64,000 nucleotides of DNA from an uncultured Solirubrobacteraceae bacterium (lineage in GTDB: Bacteria; Actinomycetota; Thermoleophilia; Solirubrobacterales; Solirubrobacteraceae): assembly GCA_963756235.1 (NCBI GenBank), contig CAVWNB010000004.1, positions 1,413,913 through 1,477,912 on the forward strand, given 5' to 3'. Under the pieces are notes generated by a model, which worked only from the letters and a program-made list of their open reading frames with translations, was not told where the DNA came from and made no database searches. Both the position numbers and the translations under genes were made by a program. Of the stretch, positions 44,940 through 54,379 are shown one piece after another. Numbering within the stretch: the stretch's first letter is position 1; every line of letters begins with the position of its first letter.

Positions 44940-45170
44940 CTAGGATGCCTCGACGGCGGCCGCCAGCTCGGCCATGCTCACGTCGAGCGCTTTGGCGATC
45001 TGGCGCACGGTCGTCCATGCGGGGCTCGCCTGCCCGAGCTCGATGCGTGCAAGTGAGCCGGTCGTGATCCCAGAACGGTACGCGAGTGCTTCCTGAGTGG
45101 CGCCCCGCTCCACGCGCATGCGGCGCAGAACGGTAGCGAGGGCGGGATCGGGCGCAAGCTGCCTCGGCAT
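44940..45170 (-). CDS. XRE-family HTH regulator
   Basis: LRRMRVERGATQEALA...LARIELGQASP. Confidence 0.85.
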   Translation of the reverse strand: MPRQLAPDPALATVLRRMRVERGATQEALAYRSGITTGSLARIELGQASPAWTTVRQIAKALDVSMAELAAAVEAS

Positions 45171-45306
45171 CCCGGGAACATCCCACGCCATGCACGTCTA
45201 GGTCCATGCCTTCCACTGCCCATCGTCAGCTGCCTATCGCTTGCGGTGCATTGTCTGCACCATATCGTACACACGGTTTGTGACGGATCATCCGCTGCGC
45301 ATCGTA

Positions 45307-45684
45307 TTAGCTCGACTGGTTCGACTCGCTCATCACGCGCCGGTAGCGACGGGTGCGCGGGTGCTGCTCCAGCAGCCCCACCGCCATCCACGTGCCGATG
45401 TAGCGGTGCGTGGTGCTCGGGGACAGATCCAGCTGCTTGGCGACGTCCGTGAGCTCGCGCTCGCCACCGTCCGGCGGGAACGCTCCGAGCACGAGCAGCG
45501 CGCGCAGCGTCGAGCGCGAGTACGTCGCGTCGTCCAGCAACGGCACCAGCGCGCCGCGCAGGCCCGCGAGACGCTCCAGCCCATCCGGCAGCGCCTCCAG
45601 GGGCGACCCGCCCTGGACCTCGCGCACGACCCGCGCCACCTGCCGCTCGGTGAGCGTGATCGTCACGCTGCGCTCCGAGCTCAC
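45307..45684 (-). CDS. IclR-type HTH-only protein
   Basis: SRSTLRALLVL...LTDVAKQLDLSPSTTHRY....GLLEQ..TRRY. Confidence 0.8.
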   Translation of the reverse strand: MSSERSVTITLTERQVARVVREVQGGSPLEALPDGLERLAGLRGALVPLLDDATYSRSTLRALLVLGAFPPDGGERELTDVAKQLDLSPSTTHRYIGTWMAVGLLEQHPRTRRYRRVMSESNQSS

Positions 45685-45742
45685 CTGAGCCCCCCGCCGA
45701 CGCCGGCGGCCGGCAGCGGTCTCGCGCTGTCCTGCGCCGGGC

Positions 45743-46177
45743 TCACTGCGCGAGCCTGTAGCGACGCGTACCGGGGTCGCGCTCGACCAGACCGACGGCC
45801 ACGAGTGTCTGCAGATAGCGGTGCACGGTGCTCACGTTCATGTCAAGCATGCGCGCGAGCTGGGCGTTGCCCATGTAGCTGCCGTCGCCCGGCAGCGAGG
45901 CCACGAGCAGCAGACCGGACAGCAGCGATCGCGACAGACGCGGGTCCTGCAGCTGCGCCGGGCGTGTCGCGAGCGTGCCACGCACCCGGTCGAGGCCGGC
46001 CAGGAGCACCGGCATGCTGCCGCCGTCCGCCGCCGCGCGCACGACGCGCTCGACCTGCGCGGGCAGCAGCTCGATCACGGCCCCCCTGGTGTCGTGCTCG
46101 CCCCGCGCGGCTCCGCGTGCTCGACGCGCGCCGCGAACCGGCGAGGAGCTGGGATTCTTCGTGCCACTCACAGTCAC
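45743..46177 (-). CDS. IclR-type HTH-only protein (paralog)
   Basis: SRSLLSGLLL...LARMLDMNVSTVHRYLQTL..VGLVERDPGTRRYRL. Confidence 0.8.
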   Translation of the reverse strand: MTVSGTKNPSSSPVRGARRARGAARGEHDTRGAVIELLPAQVERVVRAAADGGSMPVLLAGLDRVRGTLATRPAQLQDPRLSRSLLSGLLLVASLPGDGSYMGNAQLARMLDMNVSTVHRYLQTLVAVGLVERDPGTRRYRLAQ

Positions 46178-46371
46178 ACGACGATCATGGCGACTGCCCG
46201 ATCATCTGAATAGTCACGCGTGACGGGTTGTCAGCTGAGAACATCACACACGCGCCGCATCATCCGATTGTGCGAACGATGCGCCCATTCCCAGCTCTTC
46301 AAAATCCGCGCGGCAGCGCCATATTTGCCGTATGATTCGGTTGACCAAGATCCGATCTGTACGAGGAACAG

Positions 46372-46977
46372 ATGCCCGCAAGAGCCGTCGGCAAGGAGCA
46401 GTTGACAGGATCGCCTCTGCAGGGTGTGCTGCTCGCGCTGCTGCTGGGCGAGCACGAACAGCAGCTGCACGGCTACATGCTCACCACGCTCGTGGAGCGC
46501 CGGCTCGGCCCCGCCTGGGGAGTCACCCGCCAGAGCGTCTACGGCGCGCTGAACCGGCTCGAAGAGGAAGGCCTCGTGACCTCCTCCTGGAAGACCGCCG
46601 CGCTCGACGGCGGCGGCCACCGCCAGCGGGTGTATGCCGCGACCGATCAAGCCGAGAGCGCGCTCTCGGCTTGGATTCGCAGCCCCGCCTCCAAGGAGCC
46701 CGTGCGCGTGGAGCTGCAGGCCAAGATCGCGATGTCGCGCGCGCACGACGCGCCCGAGCTCTTGAAGGCGCTGGACGCCTACGAGCGGGAGTGCTTCGAG
46801 ATGCTGCGCCAGACCAACGAGGCCGAGGTCCCGATGGGCTCGTGGGCGGGGCTCGCGATGAACCTCACGCGAATGGCGGTCGACGAGAGCATCCAGGCGG
46901 AGCTCAGATGGGTGACGATGGCCCGCCGCTGGATCGACGACTTCCTAGCGGAGAGCGCCACAGACACGACTCGATGA
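46372..46977 (+). CDS. PadR-family regulator
   Basis: LHGYML, SVYGALNRLEEEGLV, RVYAAT, AELRW. Confidence 0.85.
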   Translation: MPARAVGKEQLTGSPLQGVLLALLLGEHEQQLHGYMLTTLVERRLGPAWGVTRQSVYGALNRLEEEGLVTSSWKTAALDGGGHRQRVYAATDQAESALSAWIRSPASKEPVRVELQAKIAMSRAHDAPELLKALDAYERECFEMLRQTNEAEVPMGSWAGLAMNLTRMAVDESIQAELRWVTMARRWIDDFLAESATDTTR

Positions 46978-47717
46978 GCCTTCTGTCGCTCAAGCACGTC
47001 AGCAAGCACTACCCCGAGGGGCGTACCCAGCTGCGGGTGCTCGACGACGTGTCGCTCGAGATCGACGCCGGGGACTTCATCGGCATCTGGGGGATGCGAC
47101 GCTCGGGCAAGACGACGCTGCTGCGGGTCATCGCCGGCATCGAGCTGCCCGACGCGGGCGAGGTCCGCTTCGACGGGCGCGAGCTGACGAGCATGTCGGC
47201 CGACGCGCGCGCGAAGCTGCGACGTCACGACGGCATCGGCTTCGTGCGCACCGAGTGGCTGCCCGGACGCAACAAGCCCGTCGTCGAGCACGTGGCGCTG
47301 CCGCTGCTCAGCGACGGCATGAGCCTCAGGGACGCCAAGGAGCCCGCCCACCTCGCGCTCGCCCGGCTGGGCGTGTCCGACTGCGCCTATCTGCCCGTCG
47401 ATCGCCTGTCGCGTGGCGAGCGGATCCGCGTCGGGATCGCGCAGGCGCTCGTGCATCAGCCGCGGCTGATGCTGTTCGACGAGCCGCCGGTGCCGCTGAG
47501 GCCGACCGACGCGGTCGAGCTGTACCGGCTCCTGGGCTCGCTCGGCCGCGACTCGAACATCGCGATCGTGGTCGCCTCCGAGGACGCCGCGCCGATCAAG
47601 CGAGCACGGCGGATGATGTCGATCGACGATGGCACGCTGCGCTCGATGGACCAGCAGGCACTGGTCGTCGAGTTCCCCGACCAGCGATCGGCTGCAAGGA
47701 CACGTTCACAGCTGTGA
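46974..47717 (+). CDS. ABC transporter ATP-binding protein (LolD-like, degenerate motifs)
   Basis: GMRRSGKTT, LSRGE, FDEP; H-loop replaced (VASED). Confidence 0.8.
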   Translation: MSLLSLKHVSKHYPEGRTQLRVLDDVSLEIDAGDFIGIWGMRRSGKTTLLRVIAGIELPDAGEVRFDGRELTSMSADARAKLRRHDGIGFVRTEWLPGRNKPVVEHVALPLLSDGMSLRDAKEPAHLALARLGVSDCAYLPVDRLSRGERIRVGIAQALVHQPRLMLFDEPPVPLRPTDAVELYRLLGSLGRDSNIAIVVASEDAAPIKRARRMMSIDDGTLRSMDQQALVVEFPDQRSAARTRSQL

Positions 47718-48421
47718 ACGTCCTTGAGCTGCGCGACGTCGTCAAGCACTATCCCAGCGGCGAGGAGCTCATCCGCGCGGTCGATCATGTCTCGCTGACG
47801 ATCGCGGAGGGCGAGCTCGTCGGGCTGTACGGACCCAGCGGATCTGGCAAGACCACGCTGCTGCTGATCGCCGCGGGGCTGCTGGCGCCAGACCAGGGCA
47901 GCGTGCGCTTCGACGGCCGCGAGCTCGCGCAGATGAGCGCCGCGCAGAGCGCCGCCTACCGCCTGCGCGACGTGGGCTTCGTGTTCCAGACGTTCCACCT
48001 CATCGGCGGAGCCTCCGCGCTCAACAACGCCGCGATCAAGCTCCTGGCCGACGGCCTCAGCCTCAGGGAGGCGCAGCGAGAGGCGCAGCCGTGGCTCGAG
48101 CGGGTCGGTCTCGGCGCGCGCGCCGAGCACCCCCCCGAGCGCCTGTCGATGGGCGAGCGCCAGCGCGTGGCGATCGCGCGAGCCCTGGTCAACGAGCCCC
48201 GGCTGCTGCTCGCCGACGAGCCCACCGGCAACCTCGACTCCGTTCGCAGCGGCGAGACCCTCGCGCTGCTCCGCGACATCTGCCACGAGCGCCGGATCCC
48301 GGGGCTGCTCGTCACACACGACCCGCTCGCCGGTCACTTCGTCGACCGCGTGCACACGCTCAAGGACGGGTGCATCCACGACGGGCTGCACGCGGAGCTG
48401 GGCGTGGCGTCGATTCGATGA
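47714..48421 (+). CDS. ABC transporter ATP-binding protein (LolD-like)
   Basis: GPSGSGKTT, LSMGERQRVAIARAL, ADEPTGNLD, VTHD. Confidence 0.9.
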   Translation: MNVLELRDVVKHYPSGEELIRAVDHVSLTIAEGELVGLYGPSGSGKTTLLLIAAGLLAPDQGSVRFDGRELAQMSAAQSAAYRLRDVGFVFQTFHLIGGASALNNAAIKLLADGLSLREAQREAQPWLERVGLGARAEHPPERLSMGERQRVAIARALVNEPRLLLADEPTGNLDSVRSGETLALLRDICHERRIPGLLVTHDPLAGHFVDRVHTLKDGCIHDGLHAELGVASIR

Positions 48422-50985
48422 CGCGGCGTGCCCGGCCCCGCCTGACGCTGCTGGGGATACGCCCGAGTGCACTGGTGGACCTTTACCGCTGGCGCCTGAA
48501 GGACCACCGGATCCAGGAGCTGCTGGCCGGGATGGGCATCGCCGTCGGCGTGGCGCTGTTCTTCGGCGTGCTGCTCGCCAACTCGAGCATCGAGGGATCG
48601 GCCGGGCAGCTGCTGCATGCGGTCACCGGCTCGGCGCGCATCGAGCTCGCGGCACGGTCCTCCAGCGGCTTCGACGAACGCCTGACTCGCGACGTGCGAG
48701 CGCTGCCCGGCGTCGCCGTGGTGGCGCCGATCCTCCGCGAGAGCGCGACGGTGGTCGGACCGAAGGGGCGCCAGCCGGTGCAGCTGCTCGGCGTGACGCC
48801 GGCGCTCGTCGCGCTGCGGACTGCCGCCGTCAAGAACCTCGGCGCCGGCACCACGCTGCTCGCCGGCGGCATCGGACTGCCCAGCGTGGTCGCCAACGCG
48901 ATCGGCGCCCAGCCGGGCGAATCGGTGACGCTGCTGTCCGGCGGAGACGCTCACACGGCGGTCGTGCGCGCGGTGCTCGCGGGTCAGATCATCGGCCCCG
49001 TGGCGAGCAGCCCGATCGCGATCGCTCTGCTGCCGATGGCGCAGATGCTCACGGGGCTGCAAGGACGGATCACCGACGTGTGGATCCAGCCGCGCGCGGG
49101 CGCCGACGCGCTCGTCGAACGCGAGCTGCGCCGGCTCGCCGGCGGGCGCCTGGACGTGGAGCCGACGAACCGCGAACTGCAGCTGCTCAACGAGGCCAGC
49201 CAGCCGTCCAGCCAGTCCACCACGCTGTTCGCGGCGATCAGCGCGATGGTCGGCTTCCTGCTGGCGCTCAACGCGATGCTCCTCACCGTGCCCGAGCGGC
49301 GTCGGTTCGTCGCCGAGCTGCGCACGCAGGGCTTCGGTCCCAGCCAGGTGCTCCTGATCCTCGGCTCGCAGGCGGCGATGCTCGGCCTCGTCGCGTCGAT
49401 CGCGGGCGTCGGCGTCGGCTACCTCCTGTCGCACACGCTGTTTCACTCCGTCCCCAACTACCTCACGTTCGCGTTCCCCATCGGCCCCTACCAGGTCGTC
49501 CACGTCACGACCGTGCTGCTGGCGATCGGGTGCGGTCTGCTCGCGGCGTTGATCGCGTCGCTGCCGCCGATGCTCGACCTGCGCCCCGGCCAGCCCGTCG
49601 ATGCCGTGCTGCACGAGGCCGGCGAGGCGGGCCAGGGGATCGGCGCGCGGGCGATCATCGGGTTCGCGGTGGCGGGCGGCGCGCTGCTGGCGGCGGTGAC
49701 GGTGATCGTGCTCGCGGCGCCCGGTCTGACGATCGTCGGCGGCATCCTGCTGGCGCTGGCTGCGCTGTGCCTGATCCCGGCCGTGTTCGCGGCGCTCGCG
49801 TGGGCGATCACACCGGTCAGCGAGCGCATCAGCGGCAGCATGCTCGCGCTCGCCGTCGTCGAATTCCGCGCCACCGCGACGCGCTCGATCGCGCTGGCCG
49901 GCGTCGCCGCGCTGGCCGTCTACGGCAGCGTGGCGATCCAGGGCGCGCGGCACGACCTCAGCAACGGCCTGAACGCCGCGATCACGCAGTACCTCGCGAC
50001 CGCCGACGTGTGGGTGACGACCGGGGAAAACGTGTTCACAACCGACAGCTTTCGCGCGAACGGAGCGGTGGCCGCGATCGCACGCGCGCCGGGCGTCTCC
50101 TCTGTGCGCGTCTACCAGGGAGGGCTGCTGGACGTAGGCAACCGCCGCCTGTGGATCAGGGCCAGGCCACCGACCGACTCGGCGATGCTGCAGTCCAGCC
50201 AGCTGCTGCGCGGCGGCCTCGTGCGCGCGACCCGGCTGCTCCGCCAGGGCGGCTGGGCGGCCATCTCCCAGGGCTTCGCCGACGAACGACACCTGAATGT
50301 TGGAGACAGCTTCGTGCTTCCGACGCCGTCCGGCTCGGCGCGCTTCGGGGTGGCGGCGATCACCACCAACGTGGGCTGGCCGGCCGGTGCCATCACCCTC
50401 TCCTCGCTCGACTACCAGCGCTATTGGCAGACACGCGAACCCGCCGCGCTCGAGGTCAACCTGAAGTCCGGTGTGACGCCCGCGCAGGGCGCTCGCTCCG
50501 TGCGCGCCGCGCTGGGCCCGCGTCCCGGGCTGCGGGTGCAGACGAGCGCCGCCCGCGAAGCGCAGTTCAGGAGCGAGGCCGGCCAGGCGGTTCAGAGCCT
50601 CGTCGAGATCTCGACGCTGCTGCTCGTGGTGGCCGCGCTGGCGGTGGCTTTTGCCCTGAGTGCGGCCATCTGGCAGCGTCGCAACCGCCTGTCGTCGCTG
50701 AAGTCGCAGGGCTTCGACAGCCGTCAGCTGTGGCGCGCGCTACTGCTCGAGAGCACGATCGTGCTCGGCATAGGTTGTGCCGACGGCGCCGTGCTGGGCG
50801 TCTACGGCCATGCGCTCGCGAGCCGCTGGCTGCGACTGTCAACCGGCTTTCCCGCACCGTTCTCGCTCGGGGTGGACCGTCTGCTGCTGACGGTGATGCT
50901 GCTCGCGGGCATCGCGCTGGTGGTGGTCGCGGTGCCCGGACTGTCCGCCGCGCGGGTGTCTCCGAGCGCCAGTTTCCAGGAGTGA
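48418..50985 (+). CDS. FtsX/MacB-family ABC permease
   Basis: Two repeats of TM + periplasmic + TM units; ERRRFVAELRTQG, RRNRLSSLKSQG. Confidence 0.88.
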   Translation: MTRRARPRLTLLGIRPSALVDLYRWRLKDHRIQELLAGMGIAVGVALFFGVLLANSSIEGSAGQLLHAVTGSARIELAARSSSGFDERLTRDVRALPGVAVVAPILRESATVVGPKGRQPVQLLGVTPALVALRTAAVKNLGAGTTLLAGGIGLPSVVANAIGAQPGESVTLLSGGDAHTAVVRAVLAGQIIGPVASSPIAIALLPMAQMLTGLQGRITDVWIQPRAGADALVERELRRLAGGRLDVEPTNRELQLLNEASQPSSQSTTLFAAISAMVGFLLALNAMLLTVPERRRFVAELRTQGFGPSQVLLILGSQAAMLGLVASIAGVGVGYLLSHTLFHSVPNYLTFAFPIGPYQVVHVTTVLLAIGCGLLAALIASLPPMLDLRPGQPVDAVLHEAGEAGQGIGARAIIGFAVAGGALLAAVTVIVLAAPGLTIVGGILLALAALCLIPAVFAALAWAITPVSERISGSMLALAVVEFRATATRSIALAGVAALAVYGSVAIQGARHDLSNGLNAAITQYLATADVWVTTGENVFTTDSFRANGAVAAIARAPGVSSVRVYQGGLLDVGNRRLWIRARPPTDSAMLQSSQLLRGGLVRATRLLRQGGWAAISQGFADERHLNVGDSFVLPTPSGSARFGVAAITTNVGWPAGAITLSSLDYQRYWQTREPAALEVNLKSGVTPAQGARSVRAALGPRPGLRVQTSAAREAQFRSEAGQAVQSLVEISTLLLVVAALAVAFALSAAIWQRRNRLSSLKSQGFDSRQLWRALLLESTIVLGIGCADGAVLGVYGHALASRWLRLSTGFPAPFSLGVDRLLLTVMLLAGIALVVVAVPGLSAARVSPSASFQE

Positions 50986-51057
50986 AACCCGCTCTCTCCG
51001 AGCAACGATCCGAACAGGTGAATGTCCTGATGAGCCGACTCGCGCGAAGCTGTAGAC

Positions 51058-52332
51058 ATGGGGAGAGCTCGCGATCTGATCGCATCCGCGGGTGCGTTCG
51101 CGCAATTGGCGTGTCGCTACTGGCTCGACGTGTTTCCGGCGATCTGCCGGGAGGCGCGCTTCTGGAGCGAGCGCGCCGCGCGCATCCCCGACCCGCTGCT
51201 GCGCCGGGTGGCGCTCGACAGCCTGCGCGAGAAGCGCGGGAACATCGAGGGCGCGGGCGCGTTCGCGGCGCTCGTGCCACAGCCCCAACGCGCGCTGGTC
51301 GTGCGCATGCTGATCGCGTGGCAGGCCGCCTACGACTACGTCGACACGCTCTCCGAGGAGCCCAGCGCCGACCGGCAGGCCAACGGCCGCCAGCTGCACC
51401 TGGCGCTGCTGGCGGCGCTCGAGCCGGGTCCGCGCCACGACGACTACTACGCGCACAACACCTGTAGCGACGACGACGGCTACCTGGAAGGCATGGTCGA
51501 CGCGGTGCGCGCCGCGTTCTCGGCACTCCCCGGCAGCGGCGCCGTGGCGGCCCCCGTGCAGCGGGCCGCGATGCGGATCATCGTCTATCAGAGCCTCAAC
51601 CACGACGATCACGGCGCGCTCGCGGAATGGGCCGATGCCGAGACACCGCCCGACAGCGACCTGCACTGGTGGGAGACGGCCGCCGCCGGCGCCTCCTCGC
51701 TGGCGGTCCTGGCCCTGCTGACGCTCGCCCCGGACCCGCGCGTGAGCACAGACCACGTGACGGCGATCGAGCGCGCGTACTTCCCCTGGATCGGCGCCCT
51801 GCACACGCTGCTCGACAGCCTCGTCGACCTGCGCGAGGACGCTCGCGCAGGCCAGACGAGCCTGCTGGAGCACTACGAATCGGCGGCGGAGGCAGCCGCT
51901 CGCATGCGGATGCTCGCGTCGCGCTCGCTGCGCAGCGCGCAGTCGCTCCCCCACGGTCGCCAGCACGCGTTGATCACGCTCGCCATGGCCAGCCTCTACC
52001 TGACCGCACCCGAGGCGACGTCGGCGAGCGCCGGGGTCGTCTCGCGCGGGATCGTGGAGGCGCTGGGACCGCTGCTCAGCCCCAGCATGGCGATCCTCGC
52101 CACCCGGCGCGCCGCCAAGAGCGTGCCCCGCATGCTGTCCCACGGGAGCCGCGAGCGCCAGCGCGCGCGCGACACCGTGCAGCACAGCGCGTACACCGTC
52201 CGCCGGCTGGACGCACGCAACGATTTCCTCGGAAGATGCGGAATCAGAGCCGGCCAGCTCTTGCATTACTCGGGCGATGTTTCTAGGTTCTCATCAGACG
52301 CGGTTCCGAGCCGTAAAGAGCGAGGCCACTGA
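51058..52332 (+). CDS. DUF2600 / tetraprenyl-beta-curcumene synthase (YtpB-like) terpene cyclase
   Basis: IPDPLLR..AL.SL..K, YDYVDTLSE, DDDGYL, WWETAAAGASSL, YFPWIGALHTLLDSLVD..ED; the C-terminal tail may be read-through. Confidence 0.85.
   Translation: MGRARDLIASAGAFAQLACRYWLDVFPAICREARFWSERAARIPDPLLRRVALDSLREKRGNIEGAGAFAALVPQPQRALVVRMLIAWQAAYDYVDTLSEEPSADRQANGRQLHLALLAALEPGPRHDDYYAHNTCSDDDGYLEGMVDAVRAAFSALPGSGAVAAPVQRAAMRIIVYQSLNHDDHGALAEWADAETPPDSDLHWWETAAAGASSLAVLALLTLAPDPRVSTDHVTAIERAYFPWIGALHTLLDSLVDLREDARAGQTSLLEHYESAAEAAARMRMLASRSLRSAQSLPHGRQHALITLAMASLYLTAPEATSASAGVVSRGIVEALGPLLSPSMAILATRRAAKSVPRMLSHGSRERQRARDTVQHSAYTVRRLDARNDFLGRCGIRAGQLLHYSGDVSRFSSDAVPSRKERGH
52261..52289 (+). promoter_or_regulatory. 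sigma70-type promoter for a candidate sRNA
   Basis: TTGCAT-17 bp-TAGGTT. Confidence 0.55.
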
Positions 52333-52416
52333 GGTGTGAGGCCGCGCCACCCGAACTGGAAGGCCCCCGGGCCGGAAGGGAAAGGTTCCTCGAGCGGCTC
52401 TGGGCCGCGTCGCTTT
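52296..52416 (+). ncRNA. candidate structured small RNA
   Basis: Terminal stem GACGCGGTTCCGAGCCG / CGGCTCTGGGCCGCGTC encloses two hairpins; begins ~7 nt after the -10. Confidence 0.5.
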
Positions 52417-52418
52417 CG

Positions 52419-53240
52419 TTAAGCGCAGGGATCGAAGCGCTTGCCGTTGAGCGCGAGGTTGTAGCGGGCGCCCATGATCCCGGCGGCTTCGTCTGCCGCG
52501 CAGAAGCGCTTCGGCGCCAGCTTGTACTCGGCGTTCAGCACGGGCTTGCCGGCGGCGAGATAAGGCTGGAAGTCGGCGCATTCGCGGTACTGGTTGCACT
52601 GCTCGGTGAGCGCGCCGTCGAAGTACGGCTGCTGTTCGAGCGTCTGTTCGCCGTCGTTCTTCTGGAGCACGGCCATCCCCAGCGAGTGGACCTCGCCGGC
52701 GACCCACTCGTTGTACGCGAGCTGCTGCGGTGCGGTAAGCGGGAAGCCGGTCTTGTTGGCGTAGCCTTCCATGTTGTCCGGCTCAACCGCGTCGAAGCCC
52801 TTTTCCCGGCACATCTGAAAGCGCGCCGTCATGATCGGCTCGAGCACGCTGAGCTGGCGGATGTCCAGCCAGCGCTCGCCGGGCCAGCCGTTGGAGCGTC
52901 CCAGCACCGCCTTGGGGAACTGCGAGTAGTCCGGGCGGAAGTCCTCTGCCGTGCCGACGTCGATGTAACAGATCACGTGCTTGCCTTCGGCGTGCAGCGC
53001 CGCCACCTCGGCGGCGCCGGTTTCGAAGCCGTCGATGTCATACGCGGCCACCGGCTCGCCGCTTGGAACGGCCCCCTGCAGCTGCCAGTACCACGTCAGT
53101 CGCTGCGGCGGCGTCCACCAGCCGGCCTGCGCGCGCGCCGCGCCCGCTCCCACGAGCTGCGCGGCCGCCGCGAGCGCCAGCGCCACGGCGGCCGCCGCCG
53201 CCATCGCCCCCGAGATCCGCCGCCGCGCGCCCACATTCAT
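52419..53240 (-). CDS. GH114 endo-alpha-1,4-polygalactosaminidase
   Basis: WYWQL, YDIDGF, VICYIDVGTAEDFRPD, WPGERWLDIR, KGFDAVEPDN, KND. Confidence 0.9.
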   Translation of the reverse strand: MNVGARRRISGAMAAAAAVALALAAAAQLVGAGAARAQAGWWTPPQRLTWYWQLQGAVPSGEPVAAYDIDGFETGAAEVAALHAEGKHVICYIDVGTAEDFRPDYSQFPKAVLGRSNGWPGERWLDIRQLSVLEPIMTARFQMCREKGFDAVEPDNMEGYANKTGFPLTAPQQLAYNEWVAGEVHSLGMAVLQKNDGEQTLEQQPYFDGALTEQCNQYRECADFQPYLAAGKPVLNAEYKLAPKRFCAADEAAGIMGARYNLALNGKRFDPCA

Positions 53241-53405
53241 CGGCGCTTGATGCTAGGGCACCACGGCGGTACGCGTCGCGCTTGACAGCGCACGCCCGCG
53301 CGAGCGCCGGGTGAATGCTGTGACGAGCCTCATCGTGCTCTTAGCGCGGGCTTAGGCACGGGTTACCGGCAGTTCAGCGCCGCTCGCGATCGTATTCGCA
53401 CTGCC

Positions 53406-54014
53406 ATGCACGCCATCGACCCGAACACCCTCGCCACCGCCGTCGCCCCCCACCTCTTCTGGATCACCAGCCGCGCCGCCGGCACCGCGGCGCTGCTGCT
53501 CTCCAGCCTGTCGGTGTGTGTCGGCCTGCTGATGGGCGGGCGCATCGTCAAGGGCCACCGCGCGGAGCTGCGGGTGCTCCACGAGGCGCTGTCGCTGGCG
53601 ACGCTCGGGGCGCTGTTCGCGCACGGCCTCGCGCTGCTCGGCGATGGCTACCTGAACGCGAGCCTCGCCAACATCGCGGTCCCGTTCCTCGGCAGCTACA
53701 AGACGCTGTGGACGAGCACCGGCATCATCGCGTTCTGGGCGCTGCTGGCGCTCGGCCTCTCCTACTACGCCCGCGGACGCATCGGCGTCGCGCGCTGGCG
53801 CAAGCTGCACCGCTTCACCGCGCTCGCGTGGGTTCTCGGTCTCGTGCACTCGCTGGGAGAGGGAACCGATGCCGGTCAGATCTGGTTCCTGGCGATGCTC
53901 GCCGCGGTCGCCCTGCCGGCGCTGGGCCTGCTGGTCAACCGGCTGCTGGGGTCCGCCCCCGTACCACGCAGCGCCGACGCAGCGCCGATCCCGCAGCCGA
54001 GCGTGGCGCGATGA
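53406..54014 (+). CDS. ferric reductase-like (MsrQ-like) transmembrane protein
   Basis: WITSRAAG, LHEALS, FAHG, WRKLHRF...LVHSLG.GTD. Confidence 0.85.
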   Translation: MHAIDPNTLATAVAPHLFWITSRAAGTAALLLSSLSVCVGLLMGGRIVKGHRAELRVLHEALSLATLGALFAHGLALLGDGYLNASLANIAVPFLGSYKTLWTSTGIIAFWALLALGLSYYARGRIGVARWRKLHRFTALAWVLGLVHSLGEGTDAGQIWFLAMLAAVALPALGLLVNRLLGSAPVPRSADAAPIPQPSVAR

Positions 54015-54379
54015 CAAGGTCGGCGCGCACAGCCGGGCAGCTCGACGCGAAGGCGCTCGCGAGAATCCGCCGCGAAGCCATGCGCCAGCGTGCGCGCCGC
54101 ATCCGGCGGGCGGTCGCGGGCCTCACCGCGGCGCTGTTCGCGACCGCGTTCCTCGTCATCTACGTCCAGCTGGCCTCCGGTCACGATCCCGCGCTCACGG
54201 CCAACGCCGCCAAGCGGCGTGCCGCGACGACGAGCACGACGAGCTCCGAATCGACAGGCGAATCGAGCTCCTCCACCGGTGAAGAATCGGGCTCGTCCAC
54301 GGGCGAATCCACCGCCGGCGAAGAATCGACGAGCGAAGAATCCGGTGGCGCCTCCGCGGTGACCACCTCGCAGTCATGA
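54011..54379 (+). CDS. membrane-anchored Ser/Thr-rich protein, probable flavinylation substrate
   Basis: TM helix, GHDPAL, S/T/E-rich linker, C-terminal AVTTSQS. Confidence 0.65.
   Translation: MTRSARTAGQLDAKALARIRREAMRQRARRIRRAVAGLTAALFATAFLVIYVQLASGHDPALTANAAKRRAATTSTTSSESTGESSSSTGEESGSSTGESTAGEESTSEESGGASAVTTSQS

Noticed and set aside
40406-52266. Long antisense or alternate-frame ORFs (e.g. 40406..42160, 48334..50292, 49080..51467, 50839..52266)
   Set aside because: These are shadow ORFs typical of high-GC DNA that overlap well-supported genes and carry no motifs.
52362-52390. SRP RNA (ffs), suggested by GGGCCGGAAGG
   Set aside because: The conserved AGCAG of helix 8 is missing.
54230-54350. 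Short tandem repeat (ggcgaatcg-like units)
   Set aside because: Explained by the STGES/STGEE low-complexity linker of the encoded protein.
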